From positions 108,440,001 through 108,504,000 of the forward strand of contig CM052817.1 in assembly GCA_028534125.1 (NCBI GenBank): a stretch of DNA of 64,000 nucleotides, in the 5' to 3' direction. Origin of the DNA: Lama glama. Its lineage: Eukaryota. Both the position numbers and the translations under genes were made by a program. This document shows, piece by piece, positions 37,744 to 50,710 of this stretch. The notes below the pieces were generated by a model. It was not told the origin of the DNA. It saw nothing but the letters and a program-made list of their open reading frames with translations, and ran no database searches. Each line of letters opens with the position of its first letter. Position 1 is the stretch's first letter.

Positions 37744-37999
37744 TTCTTTTCTTTGTTTTGTTTTTTTAACATTTTTTTTGTTGATTTATAATCATTTTAC
37801 AATGTTGTGTCAAGTTCCAGTTAGAGCACAATTTTTCAGTTATACATGAACATATATATATTCATTGTCACATTTTTTTCTCTGTGAGCTATCACAAGAT
37901 CTTGTGTATATTTCCCTGTGCTATACAGTATAATCTTGTTTATCTATTCTACAATTTTGAAATCCCATCTATCCCTTCCCACCCTCCGCCCTCTTGGCA
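37744..37999 (-). mobile_element. Young L1 3' end with perfect TSD
   Basis: The TSD acctctgttttctt lies at 37730-43 and 38000-13. The body is nearly identical to the start of 61834-62352. Confidence 0.92.
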
Positions 38000-40046
38000 A
38001 CCTCTGTTTTCTTGAGAATAGTAACTGGCTTGAAGTTCCCAGGTGTGCTCAAGAATGTAAAATTAGGGATTAAATAACCTCTGTATGTTAAAAAAAAAAA
38101 AAGAAAGAAAGCACTCTTCCGGCACTCTAGAAAATGTATCTGTAATCTGTGCTGATAACTTTTAACAGGCATCGGTTGGGCATGCCATTAAACTAACTGC
38201 TTCAGAATGGTTTCCTTTTAGAACTGACATTCACATCCTCGGAAATCAACCAGGGTGCCTGGATTTCCGGTTTCCTTGCCGTGTTCCTTGGCAGTCATTT
38301 CCGAAGGGGCCAGCCTCCTGTAGCAGAACACTCAGAGGTGCAAATCTTCTGGAAGACGTGCAAATGCCACACTTTTGCTTGAAAAATGGAAAAAAAATTG
38401 GACTTATTTGAATATATCTGCTGGACATTTCAAACCTGCAGAAAGCACAGGAAGTACTTTTGGGGTGTGGAAATGGGCAGGGTTTCCAAACTACAAACGT
38501 TGTTTTGAGAATGTCCCCCGGTGGTGGTGAATTATATGAGACCGTGTCCTTCTAAGGGGAGCTTGTTTAACTGGCTTGTGGTCCTGGGGCCCATTCAGAC
38601 ACTCTTAAACAAGACAAAGGGAATGGACGTAATAACTTCTTTATGGAAAGGCTGTAAAAAGGTGCAGAACCATGTAAACAAATGGAGTCATTTACTGGAT
38701 GTTTCAGTGATGGATTTGCAGCCCTGGTTCAGGGGTGTGTGTTATGTTTTATAGGATCCTGATGGTGTTCTGCCTTGAAAACGGAGTTACCAGCTTATTC
38801 TGGGGGGGGGGTCATGTATCTGTGTGTCTTGCTTTGGTGCATGGAGACCTCTGACTGCTGTTTCATACCGCAGTTTGAAAGCACACTTAAGACGTGGAGC
38901 GTTGACACTTTCCTCCACTCAGCTTTGGAGAACGGTGAGAAACCCTTGTGCGAAGTGTGGAGGTGACCTGGTTTGGGTAGCCCTCGGCTCTCTCTGTTCA
39001 AGGGAAATAAGACGATTGAAATGGAAATTTTCCTTCCGGGCTCAGGCACGTCTAAACTAATTGTAAAATAATTGTTCTGGCAGCAGGAGGAGATGCATGA
39101 CTGCAACTCTGTAAAGCAGAAATCCAGCCAGAGTTATGATTTACAGTCCCTGGAGCTCTGCCCATCCTGTAATGAAACGGTGACGATGGCCAGCTTGCTG
39201 TGACATCTCTGGTCTCACCTGAGGCCTGGGTAGAAAGTCCTGCCCCAGGTGGTCCTGCTCTGGAGAGCTGCTGTGTTGCATTGGAACATTAACGTGCCTC
39301 CTGCACAAGTGGGGGAGGGCTGTGCCCAAGGGGCCAGGCTGGGTGGGTGGGAAGGGGGCTCGGTAGGCTGGTGGCATCAGGTGACCCGCGGCCACGGGCG
39401 GGAGGCGGATGTCAACGTGGAGATCGAAGTGGGGAAGGAAACGGAACCCCTTCATGTCGGTCCTATCACTTTTCTTCATCCTATAACTTCTCCCAGTCAG
39501 GGTTGGCTCCCTCGGCCTGAAAGGAAGTGGATTGTGTAAGAAAGCTCAGTAAAAATCAATGAGCCTTTCTAAGTTTTAAAAGCCGATGGCACCGTGCCGT
39601 CCTGGCAGCTTGCACGTGTTGCTGCTGGAGGTTTGGCAGCGGAAACACGGCTGCGGCTCACGGTCCTGACAAACAAGGGGGAAAGGTAGACATACCAGTT
39701 GCTGTGGAGTTGGGGCATGCTAGTTCACTGGTCCTTTTTATTTTTTTTTAATGAATAACTCAGGGCTGGATGGCCTTAAGTCTATGATAAGTCAGAGTCT
39801 CTGTGATGTTGAAAACAGCAATTCACAACCTGTTAACCTCCCCCATGTGGCCCAGAGCTCTGCACGGTGACATCCTCCCTAAGTGAAGCTCCCTTGATGG
39901 ACGGAGGTGTCTCCCACAAGGCGATGCTTGGACCTGAGGCTTCAGGGGCTCCACGCGAGCACGGAGGCCAGGCCCTGCTGGCTGTGATGTGGATAAAAGA
40001 CAGGGTTTGGTGGGACCTAAAGACAAAGGCAGGTGTATCCACGTTA

Positions 40047-40230
40047 GGGGACAGGAAGGGGTACATGTGGGAGTTTGAGATTTGCAAACATTAACCACTA
40101 GATATCAAAACAGGTAAAAACCAGATTTCTTCTGTACAGCACAGGGAACTATATTCAATATCTTGTAATAACCTTTAGTGGAAAAGAATATGAAAACGAA
40201 TAAATGTATGTATTAAAAAAGTTAAAAAAA
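40047..40230 (+). mobile_element. L1 3' UTR fragment
   Basis: tgggagtttgagatttgcaaacattaaccacta...cagcacagggaactatattcaatatcttgtaataacc. Confidence 0.85.
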
Positions 40231-41030
40231 GGCTCAAGAGAGGCCCTGGGGGAGGCATGTCCAGGTAGGGGACTGGGAGATGAGCAGCGGGGGTGCTGGC
40301 AGGGTCAGGGCTGGAGGAGGGGACGGGGAGGGGACCCGAGAGCCAGCATGCAGAGTGAGGGGTCAGGGACCCACAGTCTAACGCGCGGCACCGTGACCCG
40401 ACCTCAGTGGGCGGCTGCTGGGGCGGTGAGGACCGGGCCCCCCCGGGGAGCAGCGGGGGTTCAGCTTTGGGGGAAGTGAGTCTGGAGAGGATGTTTGACA
40501 ACGTGAGGGGGCGATTTCAGAGGTTACCAGCAGTGGAGGAGGAGTGAGCCCTGCAGTGCGGTTTTGGTCCAGCCTCAAGTCTCATTAGTAACAGGAGAGC
40601 AGAGGTCACCAACGTTGGGTTTTTGCAGGGTCTGTGCGTCCAGAGGGAGGATGAGGTGACAGGTGTGGGGTTTGGAGACGCAGGAAACAGTGGGATTGGC
40701 AGGCGAGGACCCAGGAGTGCAGCGGCGGGAGCCAGGGTGCGTGTAGTAGTGAATATAACTACGAGGAAGAGAGCGACGTGGAGAAATGTCGGTTGAAAAG
40801 ACACGTGGAGACCAGCATCAGCTAGGACTTGGTGCAACCTGTAAAAAGCTGCAGGACTGAAAAATGAACCAGTGGAATGCACGTGACGTGACCACTTTAA
40901 TGTCCTCTATTTTCCTGGTGCTGATGCCCTGAAAAATGTGCCCTCAAGTCATAAACGGTGGGCCGACACCACGGCAGGCCCTCAGGCTCTCTGCTGGTCC
41001 GCTTTCACATCTGTTGGAGGCACTGCACAG

Positions 41031-41062
41031 TTTTGTTTTGTTTTGTTTTGTTTTGTTTTGTT
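41031..41062. repeat. (TTTTG)n microsatellite
   Basis: Six ttttg units are visible. Confidence 0.9.
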
Positions 41063-42154
41063 CTAACACCTTGTAAAGCCATGGAGAAACCTGCTGGAGT
41101 TGGTGTCAAGTTATGGGAGTCATTTGCTCGAGAGGAGAGAGCATTTCGACAGCCTCGCAAGATGGCTGTTTTCTGAGTCTGTCTGCAGAGTGGGGGCCGT
41201 GTGTGCTCCTGTCCTGGGGAACCCTTTTCTGTGTCCCTGTGACCCTTGGCAACAGGGACTTGGAATTGGTTTGCTGAAGGATCATGACCCTTGGATCCTG
41301 CTCAAAATACAACGTGGTTTTTGTTTCTCCTGAATTTAACTGAGCAGGGGGAACCTTCACTTGTCCCCAGACAGATAGGTCTGCAGAACTGTGGTTTCTT
41401 GCAGCTCACTCAGAAGAGATGCAGGCTTCTGAGTGACTTCGAGTATAAACACCTTACAGTTTGAAGATGAGATGGCCCAGTCCTGTGAAGTAATTAAAAC
41501 TCTAAATGTGACCGATTTGGGTCTCTGGGGTCCCTCCCCAGGGCTGCTTCTGGGTGGGGGCCTGTCCAGGGAAGGAAGTGGGGTGGAGGGGCTGGGGCCT
41601 TGCTGTGCCTGAGGGACCCAAATTCAGGGACCGCTTCTGGTCCTTGGCCTCAGAACTCTGCACATGGTGGGCCCCTGACTTCCTGTGGCTTTGGTATCCA
41701 GGCACCTGCCATTGGCACCTCAGTCCCATTAGAGGGATACCAGTTACACACATGTCTACAGACTCCCCGGGCCTCATAGTTGGGCTGGATCTTAGCACTC
41801 CAAGTTGGAGAAGGCAGCCTGAAGCCAGCAGTTTTGGGCCCTTTTAAATATCATTCCTTCACAAGAATTCCTGATGCACAAACCGAGAGTTACTGGTTAG
41901 CTAACGCTTGAGTATTAGCGTGTCTGGTTTCTGGCAGAGTGACTGTGTCTGTAGTTCCTGCGTCCTCACCGCATCACCCCGCGGCAGGGGCTGGCTGGCT
42001 GAACTCTGGCAGACGTGTCCTCGCTCTGCCTTCTGCATCCGGGCCTTGTCCCCGCCCCAGCTGAGCGCCTGTGGGAGTTTGACGTCAGGCAACCTCCCCG
42101 TGGTCGAGTTCTGGTGGTTGTTACTCTTGTTGAGATGGGTCCGTTGTGCCCCTC

Positions 42155-42290
42155 AGACTTAATGTGCTTACAGAGCACTGGGGAAGCTGAGTGAATCTGT
42201 TCTGATTTTGTGGGTCAGGGCTGGGGCCGGGGAGTTTGCATCCTAGCCAGCCCCCAGCTGGGCTGAGGACCAGACTTTGAGTTCTGAGGG
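42155..42290. mobile_element. MER5-like hAT-Charlie DNA transposon fragment
   Basis: tctgattttgtgggtcaggggctggggccgggagtttgcat...gaggaccagactttgag. Confidence 0.6.
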
Positions 42291-43821
42291 TCTCCTGGGC
42301 TCCTTGAGGTCCGCTGTGACCTCCCTCACTTTGATTATCTTTCTAATAAAAGAATTGCACAGAGCCCGTCTCTGCTCAGCACAGAGATGCCTCTGCACCC
42401 CGTTCCTGCAGCCCTTTTAATCAAGAGGTCCGTTCAGTCCAAAAAACATCAAATGCCTTGTGTTCTGGGTACCAGGTCACATCCTGAAAACGGATCACCA
42501 GAGTGCAGTCCTTGGGGTCCTTGATGTTAGCAGTCATGTGGCTTGTGACGCGCAGACGAGTGCTCAGATGCTCAGGGAAACCTGGGGGCTCCCTTTCCCA
42601 GCCACTAGAGACTCCTCAGGAGGCTGCTGGGCCAGCCGTGTCTTGGAGGATAAGGAGAATTCAACAGAAAAGGAAGAGAGTTCTAAGCAGAAGGCGTCGA
42701 CTTGGGAGTGAGGACACTATCAAATCAACTCTGGTGGGAAGTAAGATTGGAAAAGTTATTCCTTAAATATGAAGAGCTCTGTCTGACATCCTGAGGGGCA
42801 TGTTAGACCCACGAGGTGATGCAGGGAGAAGGCTGGATGCCTCTGCACTAGTTCCAAAGATAAAGGTCTGTCTTTCCCTCCATTTTCATATTTTCATGCC
42901 TACCACAGGCCAGTAACTGTCCACTGAACAGTCAGATTTGTTTCCTGTTCGTTTGTTTTCGTGTAATTTATTTTCTGCTTTCAAAAAAAGGTGCATCGGA
43001 ATGATCATGATGGACGGGGAAGCCAGAGGCAGGGACACCGATGCGAAGGCGTTGGTGGCAGTTCAGATGGAGGGGGAGGGGCAGAGATGGACCAGTTTGG
43101 CGGGGATAAGGGCCACGCATGATGTCTCCGTCACTTGGTGTTCACTACCAGGCCGGCCTTCCTGTTTTCCAGTCTGACATCCATACCTTCTCTAAACTCC
43201 CGGAATAGTGCAGAATGGACCACTGTCTACTTCAGAGCCTGATCACACACCTGCCTATCGCCCGTCATTTTCAAGTGGCAGAGTTCAGAGGGTCACGCGT
43301 GGAGCAGCCGGTGGCGCAGAGCCCCGCTGGCCGGCAGGTCTCCTAAGCGACATGAAAACAGCCCGCTTGGCGCAACGCAGTGGGCTCTGTCCGTGGGGCC
43401 CTCCGGTCCCGGGGCCCCAGAGGTCCCCGTGGACGGGCTCCCCCGAAGTCAGCCGCCTTATTTCACAACCAAGGGAGGCCACCACCGTCTGCTTCTTTTT
43501 GAGGAAGTAAAAGGGGACACACTGCAGGGCCTGTCCGTCTTTCTGCTTAGACAGTGAAATCAGGGGACTGGGAGCCTCGCTCTGCGCGATAATGATGACT
43601 GCTTGGAATCTTATTTCCTCAGCGCGAGCACGGAATGTGTCGTTTCCAGGGAAATTATTTTTAAATAGGGAACTTCGTGAAACCATTGAGTGCAATCCGT
43701 GTATTGGAAGAAGAGCATGACTCTCAAAAGTCCAGTTTTTAAGAGCTTTAACTTGTTTCTGTTTTGATTGTTTCCCCCTTGTGTTCTTTCTAGTTGACAC
43801 ATGTACTTTCTTATTTTTAGT

Positions 43822-43909
43822 TTGTTTTTCTTTTTTTCTTTTCTCTTCTCTCTTCTTTTTTCTTTTTCCTCTTTTTTCTTTTTTCTCCTTTTTCTTTTCT
43901 TTTCTTTTT
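43822..43909. repeat. Polypyrimidine (T/C) low-complexity tract
   Basis: About 85 nt made almost entirely of T and C. It is probably a decayed poly(A) tail on the minus strand. Confidence 0.85.
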
Positions 43910-46900
43910 GAGATTGACAACTGTGATTTATCCCCTGGAAGGCAAACATCTTGAAACAAATTATTTTTTATAATCATTTACTACAATACATAACTGTAAT
44001 TGTAACAGATAATTAAGTAATTATGTATAGATTATATAAGATAATAGATTATGTAAGATACAGATGAGCAATGTACACAGAAGTAATTAATTATGTATAT
44101 ACTGTGTAAGATGATCAGAGAATGTCTTTTCCCCCTGGAATACAGTTGACTTTCTCAGCTCTGACTGGATGAGACTGCAGGCACGTTGTCTTTAGTTCTG
44201 ACCTGTGGACGGACCAGCAGCAGACCCTGGAGGGGAGGGTTCAGGACTCCTGGCAGGGGGCACAGGCTCATTGAGCCAGGGTTTCCAGTGTCACAGCCAG
44301 CTGCAAACCATGCCCTCTGCCCTTCACATCAGTGCGGCACCCCGACTGCACAAGGTTGTGCCCCTGTTTTTCAGTAAATCTGAGGCAAGACAAACGTGCA
44401 GGAGGCCAAGGGACCAGACTCTATTTTCACATTTTGCTCTTGGAGAGTGAATCGTCTTCACTTCTGTTGGTTCTAAAGGACTTGCCTTTAGCGGAAGGGC
44501 ACACTGGCTCTGTGCTTTCACACGTGCTGTGTTCAGGGCGGTCGCACCCTCTCAGGCACGGGGAGGAGACGGGTGTCCTGGTTACTCGTGAGCACGGACA
44601 GCTGCTTCCATTAGGTGATAGTTCCCAGTCTTTGCTCTATTTAGTGTTCTGTTTTCACGTGAGGAGAGGACCTGGATTACACTATTTGGGGGGGGGGGGG
44701 ACAGACCAGCTTATTTTTGATGAGAAGACATATTTTATGTCTTTTTATGGCAACTTTTAAAGTATTACCAGCTGGTAGACTTTTAAGAACAGTGTAAGTC
44801 CAGAAGCATTGCTGGAAGCACATCTTAGTTCTCTACTTTTACAACACAAAGGAATCTAGTAATTTAACTTGTAATAACACTGTTAGGCACCCCTGCTGCC
44901 CTGTAAGTGACAAAGGTAATACAAAGGCTACAGTGGTTTTATTGGAAACAGTGTATCCCATTTGCTGGTGAGGGTGACACTGGAGTGGGAATGCATTCTT
45001 AATGATCCTTTTGAAAGGCCTAGATTTTTGTCAGAATCCTTCTGATTCTATCCTTAGCTGAGACTCTCTGGTCTAGAAAAAAATGTGGACAGGAACTGGG
45101 TTACCAGATATCTTTAACAGGTTGGCTCTTCGGGAGATGGTCCCCTAAGTCAGTGTCAAGTGAAAGTTTTTCACAACAATTGGTGACAGCAAGTGACCTT
45201 CTTTTCTACAAGGGGGAAGCTTTCTCATTTATAGGAGAAAAGTTTTCAAAGAGTAACTCCCCTATGAGCAATGGAAGCTTGACTATGTAAATCCTTCTTT
45301 TATAATGCAATAGAATCCAAGATATTTAAGACGTTATTTTATTTTTTCTTGGGTTCTGTAATTTAAACATTGTGCTCAAGCTCTTTTTTTGGTCGTCCAA
45401 ACATTGACTATTAAGATTTCCCTTGGTGTTTCCTTAAAAAGACAAAACTCAGTATGTCCTTTCTTTGTAAGTAATTGTCTTAAAAATAGACAAAACAGAC
45501 AACAAACTTTGCAATTTTTTTCAGATGAATTATTCAATCCTTTTGATCACAGATTTTTGCACTGATCTTTTGAAGACTTATTTTGGTGCTGGGGAAAAAA
45601 AAAACTGTAGAGGTTACTCTGGGTGTTTAAGTCCTAGGCAGACTGATAGAAAAAAACCAAGGACATTTCCTTGGCTGCATATTAGAAGGTTTAGGAGGAT
45701 CACTGGCTTTTGCAGTCCATCAGTGGATCAATTTATTGAATGTTTAGTGGTAGGTCTCTGGTTTACCAGGCAGGGCCGCTGGCACTGGGAGAACTGACCT
45801 GTGCTGTTTACCTTCTCGTCTAGCTGCTGAAATTGATTTTCCCATTTTGTATGCAACTTGGGTCTTTGTGCTGGAGTAGATGCTGGGGTAAATAAACAGT
45901 CATGTCTTAAAACATTAATCGATTAAGTTCCAGGGTTGTCAGTATTTCTAGTGGATAACAAAAATACCCTTTTTTATGTATATTTTCAATGTAGATTTAA
46001 GGAACTGAGGAACTAAAGAACTGAAGATTTCTGTTTGATTTTCTACATGGTAATTAACAGTAAACATTACATTTCCTAAGAAACTTGACTGTATCCTCGT
46101 AAGTCTGGATGTAGTAACAAACCTATAATTTAGGCTAACTCCATCATTATTTTGTGACTTGAAATTCTTGGCTTCTGCTTGTTTCATGACTCTTTTTAAA
46201 TTTTATGGAAAATACCTTATTTATTTAGGGGGGAAAAGGATGTAGGTAAAATCAGATATTTAGTAAAAGCTCTAGAAGAAAAATTGGATTATTCGAAACA
46301 CCCAACATTGTGGAACCGAGCAAATTGATCCTTTTTGCCGAAATAGACTGTCTTGGGTTATAAATCGGATGTTTCTTTGCACTGTCTGTTTCAAACAGGT
46401 TCTGTTACAAATAAGAGAATGTGACCGACGGTTGTCATTTCAGTGTTTTGGGGAAGGAAGTCTGAAGCAGAAGAATGTGCCTAGGGCGAGGATTTGGTTT
46501 CTTTTCTGCCAGTTTAGACATCTCACTGTCACTTTCTTTGTCCCTAAAACTTATGCTTGAAATGGCCCGGAGATTTCAGATGTGGACCATTTTAGGGACC
46601 TGGGTACACTGCAGCTTTAGGAGTGACATCTTGGACCCCTGTGCGTGAGTCTGCAGCGAAAAACAAGGACTTTCATCTTTCCAGCCGGTTGGAGATTTTG
46701 GCTCGATGGAGTAAGCGTTTCTCTGGTTAGAGTAGAACCAGAACTAAGGCTGCCTCTGGGGCCCGGCTGGAGTTGCCTTCTTCCCACTGTCTTTGCCGTT
46801 TGAATTGTATTTAATAGACAAGTATCGTGACCTTGAACACGGAACCACTCAGGAGCCCTGGTTGACTTCTGCCCTGGGAGGCGGTCTCCTGGGGAAAGTA

Positions 46901-47332
46901 CCCTTTTAACAGATCATTCAGCAAGAAGCAAAACCACTGAGAACTTCACAGTCCACTCAGCAGAACTGTGTGGTTGACAGTGATTTCAAAATTTTAAAAA
47001 ACAGTCCGATGCTGGCACACTCACAAGCAACCATATAGAAGAGCAGAAATATGTCTATTGTGTGTTCTCTTTAAACCGTCTGCATTGCTAGTGGCGGGTG
47101 CTCAGAAATTGAAAGAACGAATGAATAAATTTTACAAAGTACAAAAATGTAAGCTGCTGATTTTATCTGTGATAAAGACCTGTCAATTAACGTTTCTATT
47201 TGGACATTTTGGCCAATTCTTATCGATTTTTACATTTCATAAACTTATAGTCAGCTAGCACTTCAACAATTATAAACATTTCACAGAGGCGGATTTTTCC
47301 AACTCAGCTGCTTTTCAAATTGTCTATTGAAC

Positions 47333-47858
47333 TGTAGAAGGTGGGGGCTTTCTCTCCACACTCTTAGGTGCCTGTAGTGCAGTATGTAAATTAAACTGAC
47401 AAAAGACAGATTAACAGGAGAAAGGCAAACACGTTTTGTGATATTTTAAATTTTATGTGCAGAGAGGCTTCACAGCACGGAAAGAAAAACACAAAGAAGC
47501 AGTTAGACTTGGGGGTATTATTAAATACCATTTTAACAAAGGGCTGGGAATTGGGTGAAAGTGGCCAGGAACTTTATGGGGGAAGCTAATGGAAGATGAG
47601 GGCTATGATTATTTCAGTAGGGTCTGTGTCTGGGTGCTCCGCTCCGTCTCCAGGGATGAGGGAAGCTCTTCTCATCCCGGGACTGGGGTAGAGGGGAGGA
47701 AGATGTGCCGCCCTCACAGAGGGAAGCTGATGCTCTGCTTGTAGGCAGACGAGGGGAGGGCAGAGAACTTTCCCTGTGTCCATCCTTAGTTGCCACCCAC
47801 CCGAAGTAATCCTTGTGCCAGAGTGGCACATTTTGGGTGTCACACTCTGGACCCCTCA
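47333..47858 (-). mobile_element. MER34-like ERV1 LTR
   Basis: The reverse complement begins tgaggggtccagagtgtgacacccaaaatgtgccactctggcacaaggattactt, which resembles the MER34 5' end. It also has gacagattaacaggagaaa near the other end. Confidence 0.75.
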
Positions 47859-48552
47859 CCAATGGTGACAACATTTGACTTTTGCTAATAGCACATGCAG
47901 CCTAGAGAAGGGCTCTTAGGTGGGCTGCTGACGGCTGGGGATGCCGGAGGGCGTGCACCTCTGTGTAAAGCGACTTGTATTTTCTGGCACACTCCTTCCT
48001 TCTCTTCCTGGGAAAGCTGAAAGTTACAAATAACGTGGCATCTGATCTTAGTGGCTTCTGCTGGGACTGAATCTGCATGATCTCAGTTATGTCCTCAAAC
48101 GCCGCGGGGAAGGAGGGTGAAACATCCTCATTTGTGTCATCCTTGATTTCCATCGACAACCGGAGGCCCTTCTAGTCACGCACAGGGAGGAAGTGTGCAG
48201 TGTTATGACACATTGTATTTTGCCTTTGCACCGTGTAGAAACTTCCTCAGGCTGGGAAAGCAATGCCTTTCACACTGCCAGTCCCCTCCATCTTCAGGGC
48301 GGCAAGTGGTCCTCATCCCTCTCAAGAGGTGGCTCTCTCTTTGCTTAGACAGTCTTCTGGGCTTCGCTGCCATGGGACCCCCTAACCCTTCAGTAATAAT
48401 TCCCTGAGGCTGGTTTGTTATAAAGAAACACTGCAGCACAGGCAGTGTGTGTGTGCGCGCGTGTGTGTATGAAGATTCCTTAATGACCAAATCACCTGGT
48501 ATTCACGCTCTGCAGGAAAGAAACAAGTGAGCATTGGATGCTTCCCTCTTTA

Positions 48553-48655
48553 TTTGTTTATTTTTGATTTTTTTTTTAAAATGGAGGTACTGGGGTTTGA
48601 ACCCAGGACCTCCTGCATGGTAAGCATGTACTCTACCACTGGGCTACCCCCCCCC
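48553..48655 (-). mobile_element. Vic-1-like SINE (first of a tandem pair)
   Basis: SINE body. The TSD is atgcttccctcttta (48538-52) / atgcttgcttcttta (48656-70). Confidence 0.88.
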
Positions 48656-48681
48656 ATGCTTGCTTCTTTAGTTTGCATGTT

Positions 48682-48824
48682 TTTTTTTCTTTTTTCTTTT
48701 TTTTAACTGGAGATAATTTGGTTTATTTATTTAATTATTTATTTATCTAATGGAGGTGCTGGGGATTGAACCTGGGACCTTGTGCATGCTAGGCACACCC
48801 TCTAGCACTGAGCTACCCCCTCCC
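48682..48824 (-). mobile_element. Vic-1-like SINE (second of a tandem pair)
   Basis: SINE body with a perfect TSD, tagtttgcatgtt (48669-81 / 48825-37). Confidence 0.9.
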
Positions 48825-49291
48825 TAGTTTGCATGTTAATCAAGGACATGGCAGCCTTAGGCAGAAGGTAACGGATGCTTTTTACCTTCTCTCCAGTATC
48901 CAAATCAGATGGCTCATTTTCTGTATTGTACACACACGTGAGTAGCTCGAGTATTTAAAGGAATCATCACAAATCTTTTAAGGCTCCTTGAGATCAGGAA
49001 ACAGAATGCACTTGTCTTTTTCAGTTCTTAACAAAAAGAGGTTCTTCCTAGTTTCCTGAAGAAATCACCCAGGAAGGGATGGGCTCACAGATGGGCTTCC
49101 GGATTTCCATCTTGTGCCCTGTGGTCCGTCCTCACCGTCTCCTGTTTCAGCCCCACATGCCATCGGTGAACTTCACACGGGTCCGGGAGGGGCCAGCAGG
49201 GCAGACAGCCTCCCGAGAGAAAAACTGCGAAGTGTCCAAATGTGCCATTGCTCACGGGGTACGAGGTGGTGATCCAAACGCTGTCTCCTAC

Positions 49292-49378
49292 GAATGTGTG
49301 TGTGTACGTGCATGACTGGGACGTGGCGCTGTGCACCAGATGCTGACACGCTGCAACTGACCGTACTTCAGTGAAACA
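49292..49378 (+). mobile_element. L1 3' terminal fragment, GC-shifted
   Basis: gcatgactgggacgtggcgctgtgcaccagatgctgacacgctgcaactgaccgtacttcagtgaaa aligns without gaps to the other L1 tails. Confidence 0.8.
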
Positions 49379-50477
49379 GAACAAAGCCCCGTTTCCCCAG
49401 GGACAAGCCCGCCCTGACAGTGGAAAAGAGGGTGGAAGGAGGGCTTGGGAGACGTTCACGTATGCCTGCACACATTTTTCCGTGGATGTAGACGGACTGG
49501 AATGAAACAGACTCACGTGTTATGAGTATTTATCTACAAGGGTCCTAGAGAAGCAGTGGGCTAATGTTTTCCTTCCCACCACGCAGGTAGTGTTTAAAAA
49601 TCCCCTCTAATTAGGACATACTCGTACAGTGGAAGCAATGGAGTACCAAATTTTTAAACCTAATTTCAGTGAGGGGTAGGCGGACACAAACAAGAGTGTT
49701 TCCCCTGTTCTGAAGGAAGGCACCCAGCAGGCAAGCCCTGTGGTTAGAAGTGAGGAGATGGCGTGTCTGACCATGGCCCTTCAGGGCTGAGGGCTGAAGC
49801 TGCCTCTCAGTTTCTCCCCGGGGGCTGGATGTGGCCGATGTGGCTCCAGGCACAGCCGAGCAGCCGTGGCCAAGGGTGAACATCACCACAATGATCTGTG
49901 TTGTTTCTGGCACTTTACAGGAAATGTTGTTTTCCCAAGACCTAAGAGATTTGTCTGGGAAGAAAGAGGAGAGTGGCCAACATTTGGCACCATACGGGGT
50001 TTTCTTCTTTCTCCTTTTTTTTTTTTTTTTAAAGCTTAGTGTGTAGTCTGTGCATCCTGCTCTTAAGCCGTAAAGATGGAGAAAATATTGTGGTCTTGTT
50101 TTGTGCACTCTTGGAAACATCTGGAACGTGCCACGAGGCTGCATGCCACGGGCTTCATTTATAAAGTGTGCGATGTGAACCACCAGGGAGTAAAAGACCT
50201 GCCTTCCCGCAGCCGCATCCCCGGCACACGTGATACGAGGTCCATGTGGACCACAGACTCTGCTGGTCCCATTCGCCGGGGCAGGGAGATCGAGGCACAG
50301 ACAGCACTTGACCTTCTCAGTCCAGCAGGTCCTGTGGACAGACAGGCACCTGGTCCCCTGCTGGGGTCAGGCAGCTTCCACCGGGGCTGCGTGGCCCTGG
50401 GGCTGCACGCTCTCACACTTCAGATCATATAAGCTCACCTGCTCTGTGACTACCTTTCTAAAAATGCAAGAATAAAA

Positions 50478-50593
50478 ATTTGTAATAACCTATAATGAGA
50501 AAGAGTATGTATATATGTATCTGTATAAACTGAATCACTACGCTGTACACCTGAAGCTAGCACAACTCTATAAATAAAGTACACTTTAATAAA
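50478..50593 (+). mobile_element. L1 3' end
   Basis: ttgtaataacctataatgagaaagag...actgaatcactacgctgtacacctgaagctagcacaac. Confidence 0.85.
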
Positions 50594-50605
50594 GTCTTAA
50601 AAAAA

Positions 50606-50710
50606 TTTTTTTTATTGAAGTGTAGTCAGTTACCATGTGTGAGTTTCTGGTGTACAGCATCATGTCCCTGTCGTGTATTTATGTATACATATATTCGTTT
50701 TCATATTCTT
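50606..50710 (-). mobile_element. L1 3' end, inverted relative to its neighbour, with TSD
   Basis: tttattgaagtgtagtcagttacc..tttctggtgtacagc. The TSD is aaagtcttaaaaaa (50591-604 / 50715-28). Confidence 0.85.

Noticed and set aside
43285..43977. 230-aa Lys/Arg/Glu-rich minus-strand ORF
   Set aside because: It is produced by the polypyrimidine low-complexity tract.
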